Assembly (NCBI GenBank): GCA_951406725.2
Contig: OX597814.1
Coordinates: forward strand, 53,878,001-53,942,000
Source: Octopus vulgaris
Lineage: Eukaryota
Direction: 5' to 3'
DNA length: 64,000 nt
Every line of letters starts with the position of its first letter. The first letter of the stretch is position 1. The position numbers and the translations under genes are program-made. Under the pieces are notes generated by a model. The model saw only the letters and a list, made by a program, of their open reading frames with translations, did no database searches and was not told the origin of the DNA. Shown in pieces: positions 13,856 through 27,573 of this stretch.

Positions 13856-14189
13856 TATAATATTGTCCCCTCTGTGTTCGACCCTGTGTGACTAATAAAG
13901 AAACATATCTATATGAATATTTATATAGTCTATGAATAAAGAAGTCAATGTGCTCAAAAGAGAAAAGTTTTAACAAACGTTGAATTGGCTCAACACTTAA
14001 AAAGAAAAGAGTCATGAAATTTCAGATCTTCATCAGAAGAAAGAATAAAATAAAAGAGAATGAATAAGAAAAAGTGATTAGAGGGGGAAAAAAACTGAAG
14101 GAGTTAGGTGGAAATGTGGTTTTTGGGGTAGAGTTAGGGAGAGAGAATGAGGCAGGGTGGTGTGTGCATAAATAAGAAGAAATCTGTGT

Positions 14190-15370
14190 ACAGAGATGGC
14201 AACAGAGAGAGGTGTGTGGTGGTATGCAGTAGACTTTGTGTGTGGCAGATGTTCAGATACAATAACCATTAAGAGTATACAGGAAATAGATTTCCCCAAA
14301 TGTCCAGAGAGATCCTTAGAGGGAGTAGATTGTTTTTATTACCTGGGAGACCAAAATAGCAATGAAAATTACTCTTAAAGTATAGTTGCTAGAATATGAA
14401 CCAGCTGGGCAAAGTTCAGAGAACAATTATCTTTATTAGTAATAAAGGGCCTCTCCCTCAGATTGAAAGGCAGACTGTATGGTACCTGTGTACATATAGC
14501 TATGTTACATGGTAGTGAAGCATGAGCTGTGATTGCAAAGGACATGCAAAGGCTTCAAACAATATATATATGAAGCCAGCATGCTCTGCTGGATGTACAT
14601 GTCAGTGTGCATGCACAACAATGTGTAAATATTTAGAGAGAAAAATTAAGTATAAGAAAGTATAATTATATAAGTATAAATTAAGGATAAATATAAATAA
14701 GTATAAATTAAGTATAAGAAAGTATAATTAAGTATAGGCGCAGGAGTGGCTGTGTGGTAAGTAGTTTGCTTACCAACCACATGGTTCTGGGTTCAGTCCC
14801 ACTGCATGGCACCTTGAAAAAGTGTCTTCTACTATAGCCTCGGGCCGACCAAAACCTTGTGAGTGGATTTGGTAGATGGAAACTGAAAGAAGCCCGTCGT
14901 ATATATGTATAAATTATAAATATATGTATATGTTTGTGTGTCTGTGTTTGTCCCCCCAACATTGCTTGACAACCGATGGTGGTGTGTTTACGTCCCCATA
15001 ACTTAGTGGTTCGTAGGCTTCCAAAGAATAAGTTCTGGAGTCGATTTGCTCAACTAAAGGCGGTGCCCCAGCATGGCCGCAATCAAATGACTGAAACATG
15101 TAAAAGAGTAAAGAGTAAGAGTATAAGAGGTATTGGTTGTGTGTGCAAGAGAGAAGTCTGTGCTGGCATGGAGATGAAATGTGTGTGGCTGAGGACAGCT
15201 GCATAAAGAAGTGTCAGTCTCTAAATCTCTAAATGTGGAAGGAACCTGTGGAAGAGGAAGGTTCAGGAAGATATGGGATGAAAGGGTGAGAAATTATCTT
15301 CAGATGTTGTACTTCACAGAAGAGATGGCAAAGGACTGAGACAATTGGTGATTTGTTGTACCTGAGAAAA
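14190..15370 (+). mobile_element. Decayed RTE LINE RT C-terminal remnant, interrupted by a SINE
   Basis: FVCGRCS, LEGVDCFYYLGD, WAKFRE, LRLKGRLY, MLHGSE and GTCGRGR motifs with stops and frameshifts. Confidence 0.8.
14737..15119 (+). mobile_element. SINE family A nested in the RTE remnant
   Basis: Full head ggcgcaggagtggc. Apparent TSD agtataaga at 14649-14657 and 15120-15128. Confidence 0.9.
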
Positions 15371-15879
15371 CCTTCCCAGCAAAGTAAAATCCATGTTTGT
15401 GTCCCCCCTCCCAACCTACCACTGTTTCTCTCTCTTCCCCTCCCCCAACCCTCCTTTCTCTCCCACATACCTATCTGCACACAATTATGTCCCTGTCAAA
15501 TCCACAACATATCCTAATACCCATTCTCTCTACCAGTGTCCACTCATTACATCCCTGCACCACTAGCTCCTACTCCCCTGTCAAAATTTTGTGAACTCAC
15601 CCACCCATTTACCCTCTCCAATTCTCAGTCCACCTCACTATATACACCACTCAATAACTTGGATGTACACCCCCAGCCTTCCCTTATCTTCATCTTTCTC
15701 TACTTTCTCTCTTTCTTTCTCTCTTTTTTCTCTCTTTCTCTTTCTATTGCTTTCTCTCTCTCCCTCTCTCTCCCTCTCACTCTCTCTCTCCCCGTCTCTC
15801 TCTGAGGTACCAATGTTTCTCTTCTAATGCATGACATCTCTCTGTCCTTCAATATTACTCCCTCTAGTTTAAGAGTCTT

Positions 15880-16105
15880 GTCCTGCAAGTTACTTGGTGA
15901 CCTTACTGCTGCTAGTGCCATGTAAAAAGCACCCAGTACACTCTGTAAAATGGATAATGTTAGGAACAACAGCATCTACCTATAGAAAACCATGTCAGAA
16001 CAGACAACACAGGTTGGTGCCAACTTCTGACTTGTCAGTTGCTAGCAAACCTTCCTAACCATGCCAGTATGGAAAACAGACATTAAATGATGATGATGAT
16101 GATGA
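15880..16105 (+). mobile_element. RTE-tail-derived element ending in (GAT)n
   Basis: aaaagcacccagtacactctg...ccatgccagtatggaaaacagacattaaatgatgatgat. Confidence 0.75.
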
Positions 16106-16127
16106 TATTTGTACATATATATGTATA

Positions 16128-16457
16128 GGTGCAGGCATGGCTGTATGGTAAGAAGCTTGCTCCACAACCACATGGTTCTGGGTTCAGGCCCACTGTGTGG
16201 TACCTTGAAAAAGTGTCTTCTACTATAGCCTTGGGTTGACCAAAGCCTTGTGAGTGGATTTGAGAGAAGGAAACTGAAAAAAGCCCATCGTATATATATA
16301 TATATATATATATATAAGATCGTGACGCATATTTGCCATTTGAATATGGCTAACTCCTAAGGGTGGATGCTACTGTAGTTTGTAGCCCCAGGAAGATATC
16401 TCCTCCAGCTGGCTATAGACACACTATCTGTGTCCTCTCAGTATTTGTGAAGGGGAG

Positions 16458-16499
<42 letters not shown>

Positions 16500-16745
16500 A
16501 TGTGTATGTATGCATATATATATCTATGAATGTGTGTCTGTATTTGTCCCCACCTCCACCACTTGACAACTGGTGGTGATGTGTTTATGTCCCCGTAACT
16601 TAGCAGTTCAGCAAAATAGATAGATAGAATAAATACCAGGCTTAAAAAAAGATAGTACTGGGGTCAAAACATTCGACTATAAATTCTTCATGGCGGTGCC
16701 CTAGCATGACCACAGTCTAATGACTGAAACAAGTAAAAGATAAAC
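16128..16745 (+). mobile_element. SINE family A copy with a ~145-bp insertion in its internal TA tract
   Basis: Head 16128-16290 and tail ~16530-16745; unrelated sequence at 16317-16460 flanked by (TA)n. Confidence 0.85.
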
Positions 16746-16854
16746 AATAAAAGAGATGTATGTATATACACATAATATATGTATATATATATATATAATA
16801 TATATGAATGCATGTATATATTATATATGTGTGTGTTTGTATATATATAAAGAG

Positions 16855-17068
16855 AGCAGAAAGCTGGCAGAATCATTACTGCATTGGATGAAAGGCTTAG
16901 CATCATATTTCTTCCAACATTATGTTCTGAGTCCTTGTGCTGCCATGGTCAACTTTATCTTTCATCCTTTCAGGGTCCGTAAAATAAGTATCAGTTGAGC
17001 ACTGGGGCTGATGTAATCTACTTACCCACTCCCCTGAAATTGCTGGCCTTGTGCCAAAATTTGAAACT
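16855..17068 (+). mobile_element. tRNA-derived SINE, family B
   Basis: agctggcagaatc...ttctgagt...tttcatcctttcagggtc...aaaataagta...ggccttgtgccaaaatttgaaac, repeated elsewhere in the window. Confidence 0.8.
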
Positions 17069-19802
17069 AATATGTGTGTGTGTATCTATGTATGTATATA
17101 TGTATGTATTTATGTATGTATATATATTATGTATATGTGCAGATTTGATATGTATATATTTATATATATATATCTATGTACGTAAATATGCATGTGTGTA
17201 TGTATGTGTGTATGTATGTATAGTGCACACGTGTCTGTATTGATGAGTATATGTAAAAACACATCTGTGAGTTTGTAGATAACTTTGTCTCTTCCTCTAT
17301 CTCACACAAATGTCTTTACTCTCCTTATTTGTGTATTGTGTAATTAGGTTTAATTATAGCTTTGTTATTATTTATTCCTACTATAAGGTACGAGTGAATG
17401 GAGCATTTGAGATTTGTGTCCTTTGCAAAGAGGTGAGAGGGGGAATACATGCCTTCAAGGTTTGGAGAAAACAAAGTCACTGAATTTCTCTATGTCGGTG
17501 CCAGTAGAGCAATGGTATTCTTGAAGGCCATTATTCTAGAAGTAAATACTTGGATGTAGTGTGTAGTATGGGATTTGTTGAATGAGATACATAAAGGATG
17601 ATAACAGGACAAGCGGATGTATCAGGTCATAGTTCAAAGGGTCAATTATGGGAGACATAAAGTAAAAGGTTTCTAGTGCATTAGTGAGTGAACCTTAGAC
17701 AATATGCCTGAACGCTAATGTTTTTGTTTTTCTCAAATGGTCCAGAATGTTTATTTATGTAGTAGCTGCTTTGTCCTACAAATGTGAATAGTATCTAGTG
17801 CAATTGTTACCCTCAAAAAGAAAAAAATATCAGTGAAACTTTTAGCACCCTTCCCCTTTATTAATTATTTCTAATTTAGGCACAAGGTTAGCAATTTTGA
17901 TGAGGTAGGTTAGTCAATAACACTGACTCCATTACTTGGCTGGTACTTTAAGGATGACAGGTAGAGCTGACTTCAGCAAAATTGATCTCAGAACATAAAG
18001 AAGTGGGGTAGATATACCCCCTTTAGAAATATATACCCCTTTTAGAAAAGAAACATAGTCACTTTAGAGAGAAATATATCCTCTTTAGAGAAAAAATATA
18101 CCACTTTTAGAAAATACAAAGTGAACTTACATCCATATAATTGTTGTCTTCATCAAGCTATTAGACAAGTTTAAAAATCATCTTAAATTTTATAAACATG
18201 GCAATTTGTCTGCCCAAGGAGCCTTATGAAAAACATTACTCTAATGTACATCACACTTGTACTTTGTATAACATTAACAGCTTTTCAGAAACTGAAATAG
18301 TTTTGGACACTGAAATGGAAGTTAAACCTTTGTAATGCAATTTTGACTAGGTTATAGAGCCTTTATTCTTGAAAGTTATGCATGTTTAATATAGGGTGCA
18401 TTGTTTATGTGTGAATAGCATCTGTGTGCAAAAAATTATCAACAAATACAGGGGGTGGTAACCTTTATTCAGGTGTATGTTCAACTGAGAGCAGCATTAA
18501 ATAAGACATTTATATAGAGTAGTAAGAAAGTTGAGAACAAGCTCTACGACATACCAAAGAAGAAAAAAATAAGCAACAAATCTGGTAGCTTTATCGACAA
18601 GGGGGTGCTTATGAGGGATGAGCAAAAATATTGAGTAAAAGGGAAAACAGATTCTGCAAGACCCTTCTTGTGATCATCTTGGCAAAGAAAAAAAAAATAT
18701 GACGGCTGTTCCAAAGGGCCTGAAAGATGTGTGATGCATGAAGTAAATTTTTGCTTTTCTGGTGATCATCTTGTTAATGACTGTGAAATTTCTTACAACA
18801 ATATTTTTAACCTACAGACTTTATCATTCTGCATATGTAAATTTAACCCTTAACACATTATGGCCAAGAACTGTGTTCATGTTATTTTTGCAACAACATT
18901 CTTGTGTCAATCTGTTTCCTGTCTTCCTTTGTCAATCAAAACGAAATTTAAGAATCACTTGAATCCACAAGTAGACCTATAAAGAAAGCTCTCCATTTTG
19001 ATGAAAGTCATGAATGGGAGACAAAGAAATTATTGAATTTTATATGAAGTAAAGTGATTGGATTCACTGACTACAGTTTTTTCCCTAATCACTCCATTTG
19101 CATAGCATGCTTTGAGTCAAACGTTTACATTATTTTAGTTATATTTGTTGTACTTATATTTGGTTCAATTTAAAAGACAGATAAATAAATTAGATATTAG
19201 AAAATTGACTCAAATCTTCAGATATATAATTATTTTTGTTGTGGTTTCAAAAATTAAGGAAAACCTTTGGTAGTGGAGTAGGACATAGAAAAGGTTGAGC
19301 ACTACTAGAGTAGCTAATTGTTTGTAGGTGATGTATATATTAAGTTCACTCATGACAAAAATGATTTCTGAGAGAATCCAACAAACAAGCTTCTATATAG
19401 TCACTTAACCTGCTAGAAAAAGCAACAAAATCTCCCTTAAATCACACATTTAAAATCATACATCTTAAAAAAGAGGATGTAGGAGATAATGTATATTAAA
19501 ATTTACTTCTAAAATAAACAGGATAGTCACAGAGGCATAGCATGGGATGTATGTGTGTGATGTGCAGACTGCACAAAGTGACCTCTTTATATATGTGTTT
19601 AGTGTTGTCAAAGGTATGTTGTAAGTGTGAAATAGACTTCTTCTTCTAGATGAAGTATACTGGTCTACCACAAGTGTTTTCTTCAACAGGAGGAAACAAA
19701 TTTAGGTTTCAGTCAGTTTGTCAGATTCCTATAAAGGCACTTCCCAACTGTTCCTCAATATATATTTTACTTGGTGAAGTTAAGTTCTTGTTGAAGTATA
19801 TG

Positions 19803-19953
19803 TTACTTGTTTCAGTCATGAGACTGTGGCTATGCTGGAGTACCAGCATGAAGAATTTTTAACCGAATGAATTGATAGTGGTACTTTTTTTAGCCTAGTA
19901 CTTATTCTATCAGTCTCTTTTGCGAAACCACTAAGTTACGGGAATGTAAGTAC
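19803..19953 (-). mobile_element. SINE family A 3' part, interrupted by a CR1 fragment (resumes ~20419)
   Basis: tacttgtttcagtca...gttacgggaatgtaagtac | acaccaac. Confidence 0.75.
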
Positions 19954-20418
19954 TTCCCTGGGCACGGATACATTGAAACTCTGACATCTGGCAACTGACT
20001 TGCCAGACACCCATAAAATTATTAACTATCTTACATCTTACTAACAATAACTCTGAGCACCTTTTCAAACTCCACCTATCTAACACCCGTGGACATGTTT
20101 ACAAAGTTAGAAAACAGCACAGCTCCCATGACTTTTGGAAACATTTTTTCATGCTAAAAGTTGCTGAAGTATGGAACAAACTGCTGGCATCAATTGTTAG
20201 TTGTCGGAGCACTGCATCCTTCAAAACTTCCATGCTTCCTGAGATTCACCAACACTACACCTGATTTTCTCCCCTCCATACACACACAAGCATGTATCTG
20301 ACTAATACACTGTTCACTTTCCAGACATTTATACATTACTGCATACGCTTTATATGCACTTTTGACAAGTTGTGGTGCACCTGAGCACTGTATACAATAA
20401 TTTCATTATTATAATTAT
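19954..20418 (+). mobile_element. CR1-group LINE 3' fragment (older subfamily) with TSD taagtac
   Basis: Homologous to 28849-29220 (SNTRGH.YKVRKQHSSHDF). TSD at 19947-19953 and 20419-20425. Confidence 0.88.
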
Positions 20419-21137
20419 TAAGTACACCAACATGAGTTGTCAAATACACCAACACCAGTTGACATGCAGCAGGAGCAATTGCAAGGGTTCTAGTTGCATT
20501 GTAATAATGTTAGCATTTGACACAATTGCCTTAGTTACGTCCCTTCAAATTTTGTGTTCAAATCCCACCATGATCAACTTTGTCTCTTTTCTTTCAGAAT
20601 TACTAAAATAAGTAGCAGTGAAGTATGTCAGGTATTTAGGTTGATCAAACTGACATGCTCCTACCCCAAATTTGTGGCTTCAGTGCCAATGTTAGAAATA
20701 CTTGATATTATTATTATTATTGAGTTGATGCAATGTCTAAATAGATCTGTGATCCCTGATGCAAGAAGTCCAGTCCTGGTGTTGGTATGAAGTGATATTC
20801 TTGTGCAAATTATTTATCTTATCATGTTTTTATCAGTTATAATATGTTTGTGTAGCCATATCTAAAATGTATTAATAGTAGAATGTTAATGTTACTGTTT
20901 TCACTCTATTTGATCAGAATGTCACTGATGTGTAATGATGTGTAATATCCAAAAAAGGAAATGAAATACAATAGAAAATATTTTGTCACAAGCAGGAATA
21001 TATTTAATATATCTTCTTACAATCATGGATTTCATTAGATAATGCTAACTTCCTGGTGGATTGACTAAAGACCTAGATCTTACTCCTGTTTGATAGATAA
21101 CTGATAAATAAAAGTTTGATTAAACTGCAAATCAATA

Positions 21138-21352
21138 AAATCCTTTCTACCATGGGTACAAGGCCTGAAATCTGGGGCAGTAGGGGTGCTAGTTGATTAC
21201 ATCAAGCCTAGTGCACACCTGGTACTTATTTTATCAACCCTAAAGGATGAAAGGCAAGGTAAACCTCGGCAGAATTTGAACTCAAAAGTAAAGATGGATG
21301 AAATGCTGCTAAACGTTTTGCTGGCATGCTAACCATTCTGCCAGCTTTCCAC
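21138..21352 (-). mobile_element. SINE family B copy
   Basis: Reverse complement of the family B consensus. Confidence 0.8.
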
Positions 21353-21523
21353 CTCTTACTGAAAATTAATGTAATGTAAGTAAATGCCTCAACTCCTTTG
21401 AATTCTCATTCTAATCTCAGCTTCCATCATAGTATGAAACAATTCCTATTAAGATCCTTAGAAGACAACAAGGCTGATTTATCAGCTTACCAATCTTGAT
21501 GATTTGAATATATAAATGTGTGT

Positions 21524-21912
21524 GTGCAGGTATTGCTGTGTGGTAAGAAGTTTGCTTCCTAACCACATGGTTCCAGGTTCAATTCCACTGCATGACACCT
21601 TGGGCAGGCGTCTTTCCCTGCTATAGCCTCAGGCTAACCAAAGCCTTGTAAGCAGATTTGGTAGACAGAAGTTGGAAGCCCATTGTATGTGTGTGTGTGT
21701 GTGTGTGTGTGTTTGTGTACCCCACCACTACTTGACAACCGGTGTTGGTGAGTTTACATCCCTGTAACTTAGCATTTCAACAACAGAGACCAATAGAATA
21801 AGTACTGGCCTTAAAAAAAAGTTCTGGGGTGGATTCATTTGACTAAAAATTCTTCAAGATGGTGCCCCAGCACGACTGCAGTGTAATGGCTGAAACAAGT
21901 AAAAAACAAAAG
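21524..21912 (+). mobile_element. SINE family A copy
   Basis: Consensus match. Confidence 0.85.
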
Positions 21913-22151
21913 ATGTGTATGTGTGTGTTTTAAAGAGATTTGTTGTGTAAGCCTGGAACAATGCAAGAAGCTACAAAGTAAACTACAAAAAGAAAACAAA
22001 ACAAAACAAAGTTGCAGTGTTACCTTGTGTTTTTATATTTTAGGGTAAGCAGTAGTTTGAAAAAGTCATTGCTTAGATATGTGGGAGAGGAAGGAGGGAG
22101 GTGACGTGTGCAGACTGGTATTGCAATAGCTTCTATTTAGATTTTAATATT

Positions 22152-22366
22152 TACTCTTTTACTTGTTTCAGCCATTTGACTGTGGCCATGCTGGAGCACC
22201 GCCTTTAGTTGAGCAAATCGACCCCAGAACTTATTCTTTGGACACCTAGTACTTATTCTAGTGGTCTCTTTTGCTGAACCGCTAAGTTATGGTGATGTAA
22301 ACACACCAGCATTGGTTGTCAAGCGATGTTGGGGGGACAAAACATACACACACACACACACATATA

Positions 22367-22428
<62 letters not shown>

Positions 22429-22593
22429 TACGACGGGCTTCTTTCAGTTTCCATCTACCAAATCCACTCACAAGGCTTTGGTCGACCCGAGGCTATAGTA
22501 GAAGACACTTGCCCAAAGTGCACACAGTGGGATTGAACCTGGAACCATGTGGTTGGTAAACAAGCTACTTGCCACGCAGCCACTCCTATGCCT
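22152..22593 (-). mobile_element. SINE family A copy
   Basis: Consensus match, full length. Confidence 0.9.
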
Positions 22594-23519
22594 ATATTAA
22601 AGAATTTCGAGTAACAACATACTTATAGTCTTTATCATCATCATCATTTAACATCAACTCTTCATGCTAACATGTGTTTTGACAGGAGTTGGTAAGCCAA
22701 TGGACTATGTCAAGCTCCAGTGTTTGCTTTGACATACTTTCCATGGCTGGATAGTCTTCCTAACACCAACCACTTTACAGAGAGTGTACTGGGTGCTTTT
22801 TTCTTGACACCAGCACCAGCAAGGTCAACAAGTAATTTGCAGTTCTATCTTCTAAAGAAATATTATTTGGCTTTGTGTCCAAAAGATAGATACCTATTCT
22901 GAAACAAGCTTTGACCCAATTGTACTGTTATCTATCTTCTATATTTATTTATTATCTATTTATGAATCACTGTGCATAAAAGTGAAATAATATTTAATGT
23001 TTGAAACATTAAAAAGCTAAAATGGGATTAAATAATCAATTAAAAAATATTAGTTGATGTCAGTATTATTTATTATCTCTTTTTTTACTGATAAGTATAA
23101 AAGATAATTCCAGGCATGTTCTTGCTTTACTGAGCATCATCAACAGAAGTGTAACCTGCCAAAGTAAATTGCTAAATAAATATACCCTCTCTCTCTTTCG
23201 GAGAGGCATTGAGCAGCTATACGCACACATATACACACGGCAGTAACTTCCACCTACCGAATTCAATCACAAAGCTCCGGTCGGCTCGGGGCTATAGTAG
23301 AAGACACCTACCCAAAGTGCCACGCAGTGGGACTGAACCCGAAACCATGTAGCTATATATTTGCTGATGAAGAAAAAGAGTATTATTTAGAATTAAATAA
23401 CTACATAGTTTCAGGTTCAGTCCTTCTGCATGGCATCTTAGACAAGTGTTTGTTACTTATAGCCCCAGGCTGACCAAAACCTTATTAGTGGGTTTTTGTA
23501 AACAGAAACTGAATAAAAC

Positions 23520-23559
<40 letters not shown>

Positions 23560-23899
23560 TTGTGTGTGTGTACGTGCATGCATGTGTGTGTGTGTATTAC
23601 TGCCTCTTTGCATTGATATTGCAAACTAGTTGGTTGTAAACAAGTGTTCCCATCATGAAAGTGGTTTCTTACCTTTCCAATCTTCTAAGACATGTCTGGT
23701 CATGAGGAAATATTACTTCACTTGGAAACAGGTGAGGATTGATATGAGGAAGGGCATCCAGCCATAGAAAATGCACATCAGCAAATTCTGTGTCACCCAT
23801 GCAAGTATGGAAAAGTGGGCCTTTAATAATGATGACAACAACAACAATGACAACAATGTTGATATTAAGTAAGTTAAGGTATATTTAATACATTAGGGA

Positions 23900-24455
23900 C
23901 CATAACCTCGTGGCCTATACCAGGAGTGTAACCAGCCCACTTATGTGTACCTTTCCTTCATTGGACACTAAACTCTGCTTGCGAAGACCTGTCGAGGCAA
24001 GTGAAATCGAAATCAAATTTGATGACTGACATCCGTGCAGGTGGAGCGCTAAGAGCACCATCCGTGCGTGATCATTGCCAGAGCAGCTAACTGGCTTCCA
24101 TGCCGGTGGCACATAAGAGGCATCATTCAAGTGTGATCGTTACTTGCGTCGCCTTACTGGTACTTGTGCTGGTGGAACATGAAAAAACATTCGAGCAGGT
24201 GGCACATAAAAAAACACCATTTGAGCATGGCCGTTGCCAGTACCGCCTGACTGGCCTTCATGCCGGTGGCATATAAAAGCACCCACTACACTCTCGAAGT
24301 GGTTGGCGTTAGGAAGGGCATCCAGCTGTAGAAACTCTGCCAGATCAGATTGAAGCCTGGTGCAACCATCTGGTTCACCAGTCCTCAGTCAAATCGTCCA
24401 ACCCATGCTAGTATGGTAAGCGGACATTAAACGATGATGATGATGATGGTGATGA
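23900..24455 (+). mobile_element. RTE LINE 3' UTR fragment
   Basis: cataacctcgtggcc...gaagacctgtcgaggcaagtgaaatc...gttaggaagggcatccagc...aaacgatgatgat. Confidence 0.85.
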
Positions 24456-25652
24456 GAGATTGGCTCTGTTGACTTCATAGACAAGATAAGGAAAATAGTG
24501 GTATTTTATTTTTTTACTGAAGTTAATGGAGTGTTATAACCTCAAAAAAAATCAAAGTTTTGTCATTAAATCAACTCAACAGAAAGTTATTGTTACTTCA
24601 TCATGTTAAGCTAGTAATTTTAGGAAAATATTCCCACTTTTAAGGAAATTAGCTATTTTCTCCTCCTTTCATTTTCTGTACATTATTCAAATTACACACC
24701 AATGAATCTATGTTTAAATACAATGGCAACAGAAACTTTAATACCACACTAATTAAAATGGTTTTTATACATTTTACAATCCACCTGATGAAGAAATAAA
24801 TATTCTTTTCAGTTATATCATTGCAAAACTATAAAAAATTGCATCTTAATGGAAAAAATTATTAGTTTTGATTCTTCCCAGTGAATTGTAGTTTAATCAA
24901 GGGTCAATGACAATAGAAGAATTCAAAGTCAAAGCCAACCTAATTGTGATAATTCCATCTATTAGGTTTTTTTTTTTTCAGACAGTCTGGGGTATTATTA
25001 TCCCATGCTTTCATCCATTCTTTAAACATGGTTAGGATAAGATTTGAAGGAGATTTAGTTTTTATTTCTGATAGTTTCGGTGACCACTTAGAGGTTCGCT
25101 ATTGACTCATATCCAACAGGTCATTTATTGAAAGTAGCTGATCTGATATCAGTTAGAGCAGTTGTTCCTTAACATTAAAGAGTTAGAGGCAGTAGTTATA
25201 GGAAGTAATTTAATGCAAGGGCAAGAGATGGGTTTTTTGGAGGGGCTTTTTTTTCTCTTTTGGATAAAGGTGATTTCCATGCCTTCTGTCATTGTAGTAA
25301 GACAATTAGTTAATTAAAAAAAAACAGTAGCTTATATAAAATAATAATAAACAACATCAATGATATGAACCACAATGATGATGATCATCATCATAATGTT
25401 CATAATGATCATGGTTATGGTGATGATGTTTCAAAGAATACAACAAAAACCCTGTTTTATTTGTTTAATAAGTGTATTGATCTCAGCTGTTGTCTGCTCA
25501 AGGTCAGGAGTGAGTCAACACTGCTACCTGGCTTATCTGGCCATTATTTAACAACACACACACACATTCACACGCACACATGTATGTGTGTATATATATA
25601 TACATATATTACATATATATATATAGATAGATAGATATATATATATATATAC

Positions 25653-25725
<73 letters not shown>

Positions 25726-25744
25726 CAGAGAGATAGATAGATAG

Positions 25745-25803
<59 letters not shown>

Positions 25804-26123
25804 GAGAGAAAGAAAGACAGACAGAGACAACACATACACACACACACACATACACACACAAGTGCATGTGCACACACATGACTTGTAGATTGAAAAATAA
25901 AGTGAATGTGTAGTTGTATGAGATTGTGAGATAGATAAATTTAGAAAGAGACAGAGAGGACAAAAAGGAAGGTAAGATAAGAAGATAATGAACTAGACAG
26001 AGGTATGTATGATTTGAATGTGCGATAGTGTGTATTTATCAGGTTCTAATGTATGTTTGATACGTTCTGGCTTATATGTTTAAAGGGCAAAGTAATAGAA
26101 CTTATTAATATTTGTAGCATTGT

Positions 26124-26830
26124 AAGGCAATGAGCTAGCAGAACTGTTAGCACACCAGGCAAAATTCTTAGCAGCATTTCATCTGTTCTGAGTTCAAATC
26201 CTGCCAAGGTCAACTTTGCCTTTCATCCTTCCGGGTTCAATAAAATAAGTACCAGTTGAGCACTGGGGTTGATGTAATCGATTTACACCCATCCCCAAAC
26301 TTTCTGGCCTTGTGCCAAAAATTTGAAACCAATAGTTGTAGCATTGCAAGGCAACGAGCTAGCAGAACCCAGCACACTATATAAAATGCTTAGCAGCATT
26401 TCATCCATCTTTATGTTCTGAGTTCAAATCCTGCCGAGGTCAAATCTGCCTTTAATCCATCTGAGGTCAATAAAATAAGTACCAGTTGAGCTCTGGGGTC
26501 GATGTAATCGACTTATAATAATAATAATAATAATAATAATAATTGTGTACAGTGCTCAGGTGCACTACAACTCATCTAAAGTGTATATATAATCAGGTGT
26601 AGTTTCGGCGGATTTCGGAAAGCATGAGGGCCTTAAAAGATGCAGTGTCATGGCAGTCAACAACTGACGCAGGCAGTTTATTCCATGCTTCAGCAACTCT
26701 GAGCGTGAAAAAATGTTTCCGAAAGTCATGGGAGCTGTATTGTTTTCTGACTTTGTAGGCATGTCCACGTGTGTTAGACACATGGAGATCTTATCCCTCC
26801 CACCCAACTTGCAGGACTTGTGCCAAAAAT
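26124..26830 (+). mobile_element. Two tandem SINE family B copies, the second split by a CR1 fragment
   Basis: Heads at ~26124 and ~26349; second tail resumes at 26790. Confidence 0.8.
26517..26789 (-). mobile_element. Young CR1-group LINE 3' fragment with (ATT)n tail and TSD cttat
   Basis: About 8 differences from 28955-29220 by eye. cttat at 26512-26516 and 26790-26794. Confidence 0.9.
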
Positions 26831-27202
26831 TAATGAAATTAATATCTGTAACATTGTTCCATTCACCAACAAAACTACCACACAGTGATATCTATACTGA
26901 AAAATATAACCAGGAATAAGATAAAAGCGATTACAGAAGAATGGAAAAATCTCCAATAAGGAAATATTTTCGTTTTAAGTAAAGTTTCTGAATTATACTC
27001 CTTGTAGAAATATAATTTTATCATAATCACTTTTATCATTACCATTTTGCATCCATTTTTCCATGCTGGTGTGGGTTTGGCTGAGTTTTTCAGGGCTAAC
27101 CATTTCTCATTTGAAGCTCCTGCTTTCCTGAATCAGGAATCAGATCTCACTCAATGCATTCCATTTTCACCATATTTTCTAAGGTAGGATGCCCTTCATA
27201 TT

Positions 27203-27410
27203 AGTTTCAAATTTTGGCACAAAGCCAGCAATTTCAGGGGAGTGAGGAAGTTCGTTACATCAACCCCAGTAATCAACTGGTTCTTATTTCATCACCCCAT
27301 AAGGATGAAAGGCAAAGTCGACCCTGACAGGATTTTAACTCAGAACATAAAGACAAACAAAATACCACTAAGTATTTTTTTGCATGCCCTTTATATCACT
27401 AGCCATCTTA
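27203..27410 (-). mobile_element. SINE family B copy
   Basis: Consensus match. Confidence 0.75.
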
Positions 27411-27573
27411 CTAAATGTACAAGGTGTATTTTATCATGGTACCTGCACTAGTGAAATAATCAGAAGTAGTCCTCAGTAAGATCAAGAGTTCTTTCTAATT
27501 ATATGATGTTGTTATCATTCATTCTTTCACCATCACCAGAGGATGATATGATATGTATATATATATATATTTA

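Noticed and set aside
24785-24812. CTGATGA followed by a short stem (also 23364, 45204-45211, 62069-62076)
   Set aside because: No correctly placed GAAA, stem III or stem I; compatible with chance.
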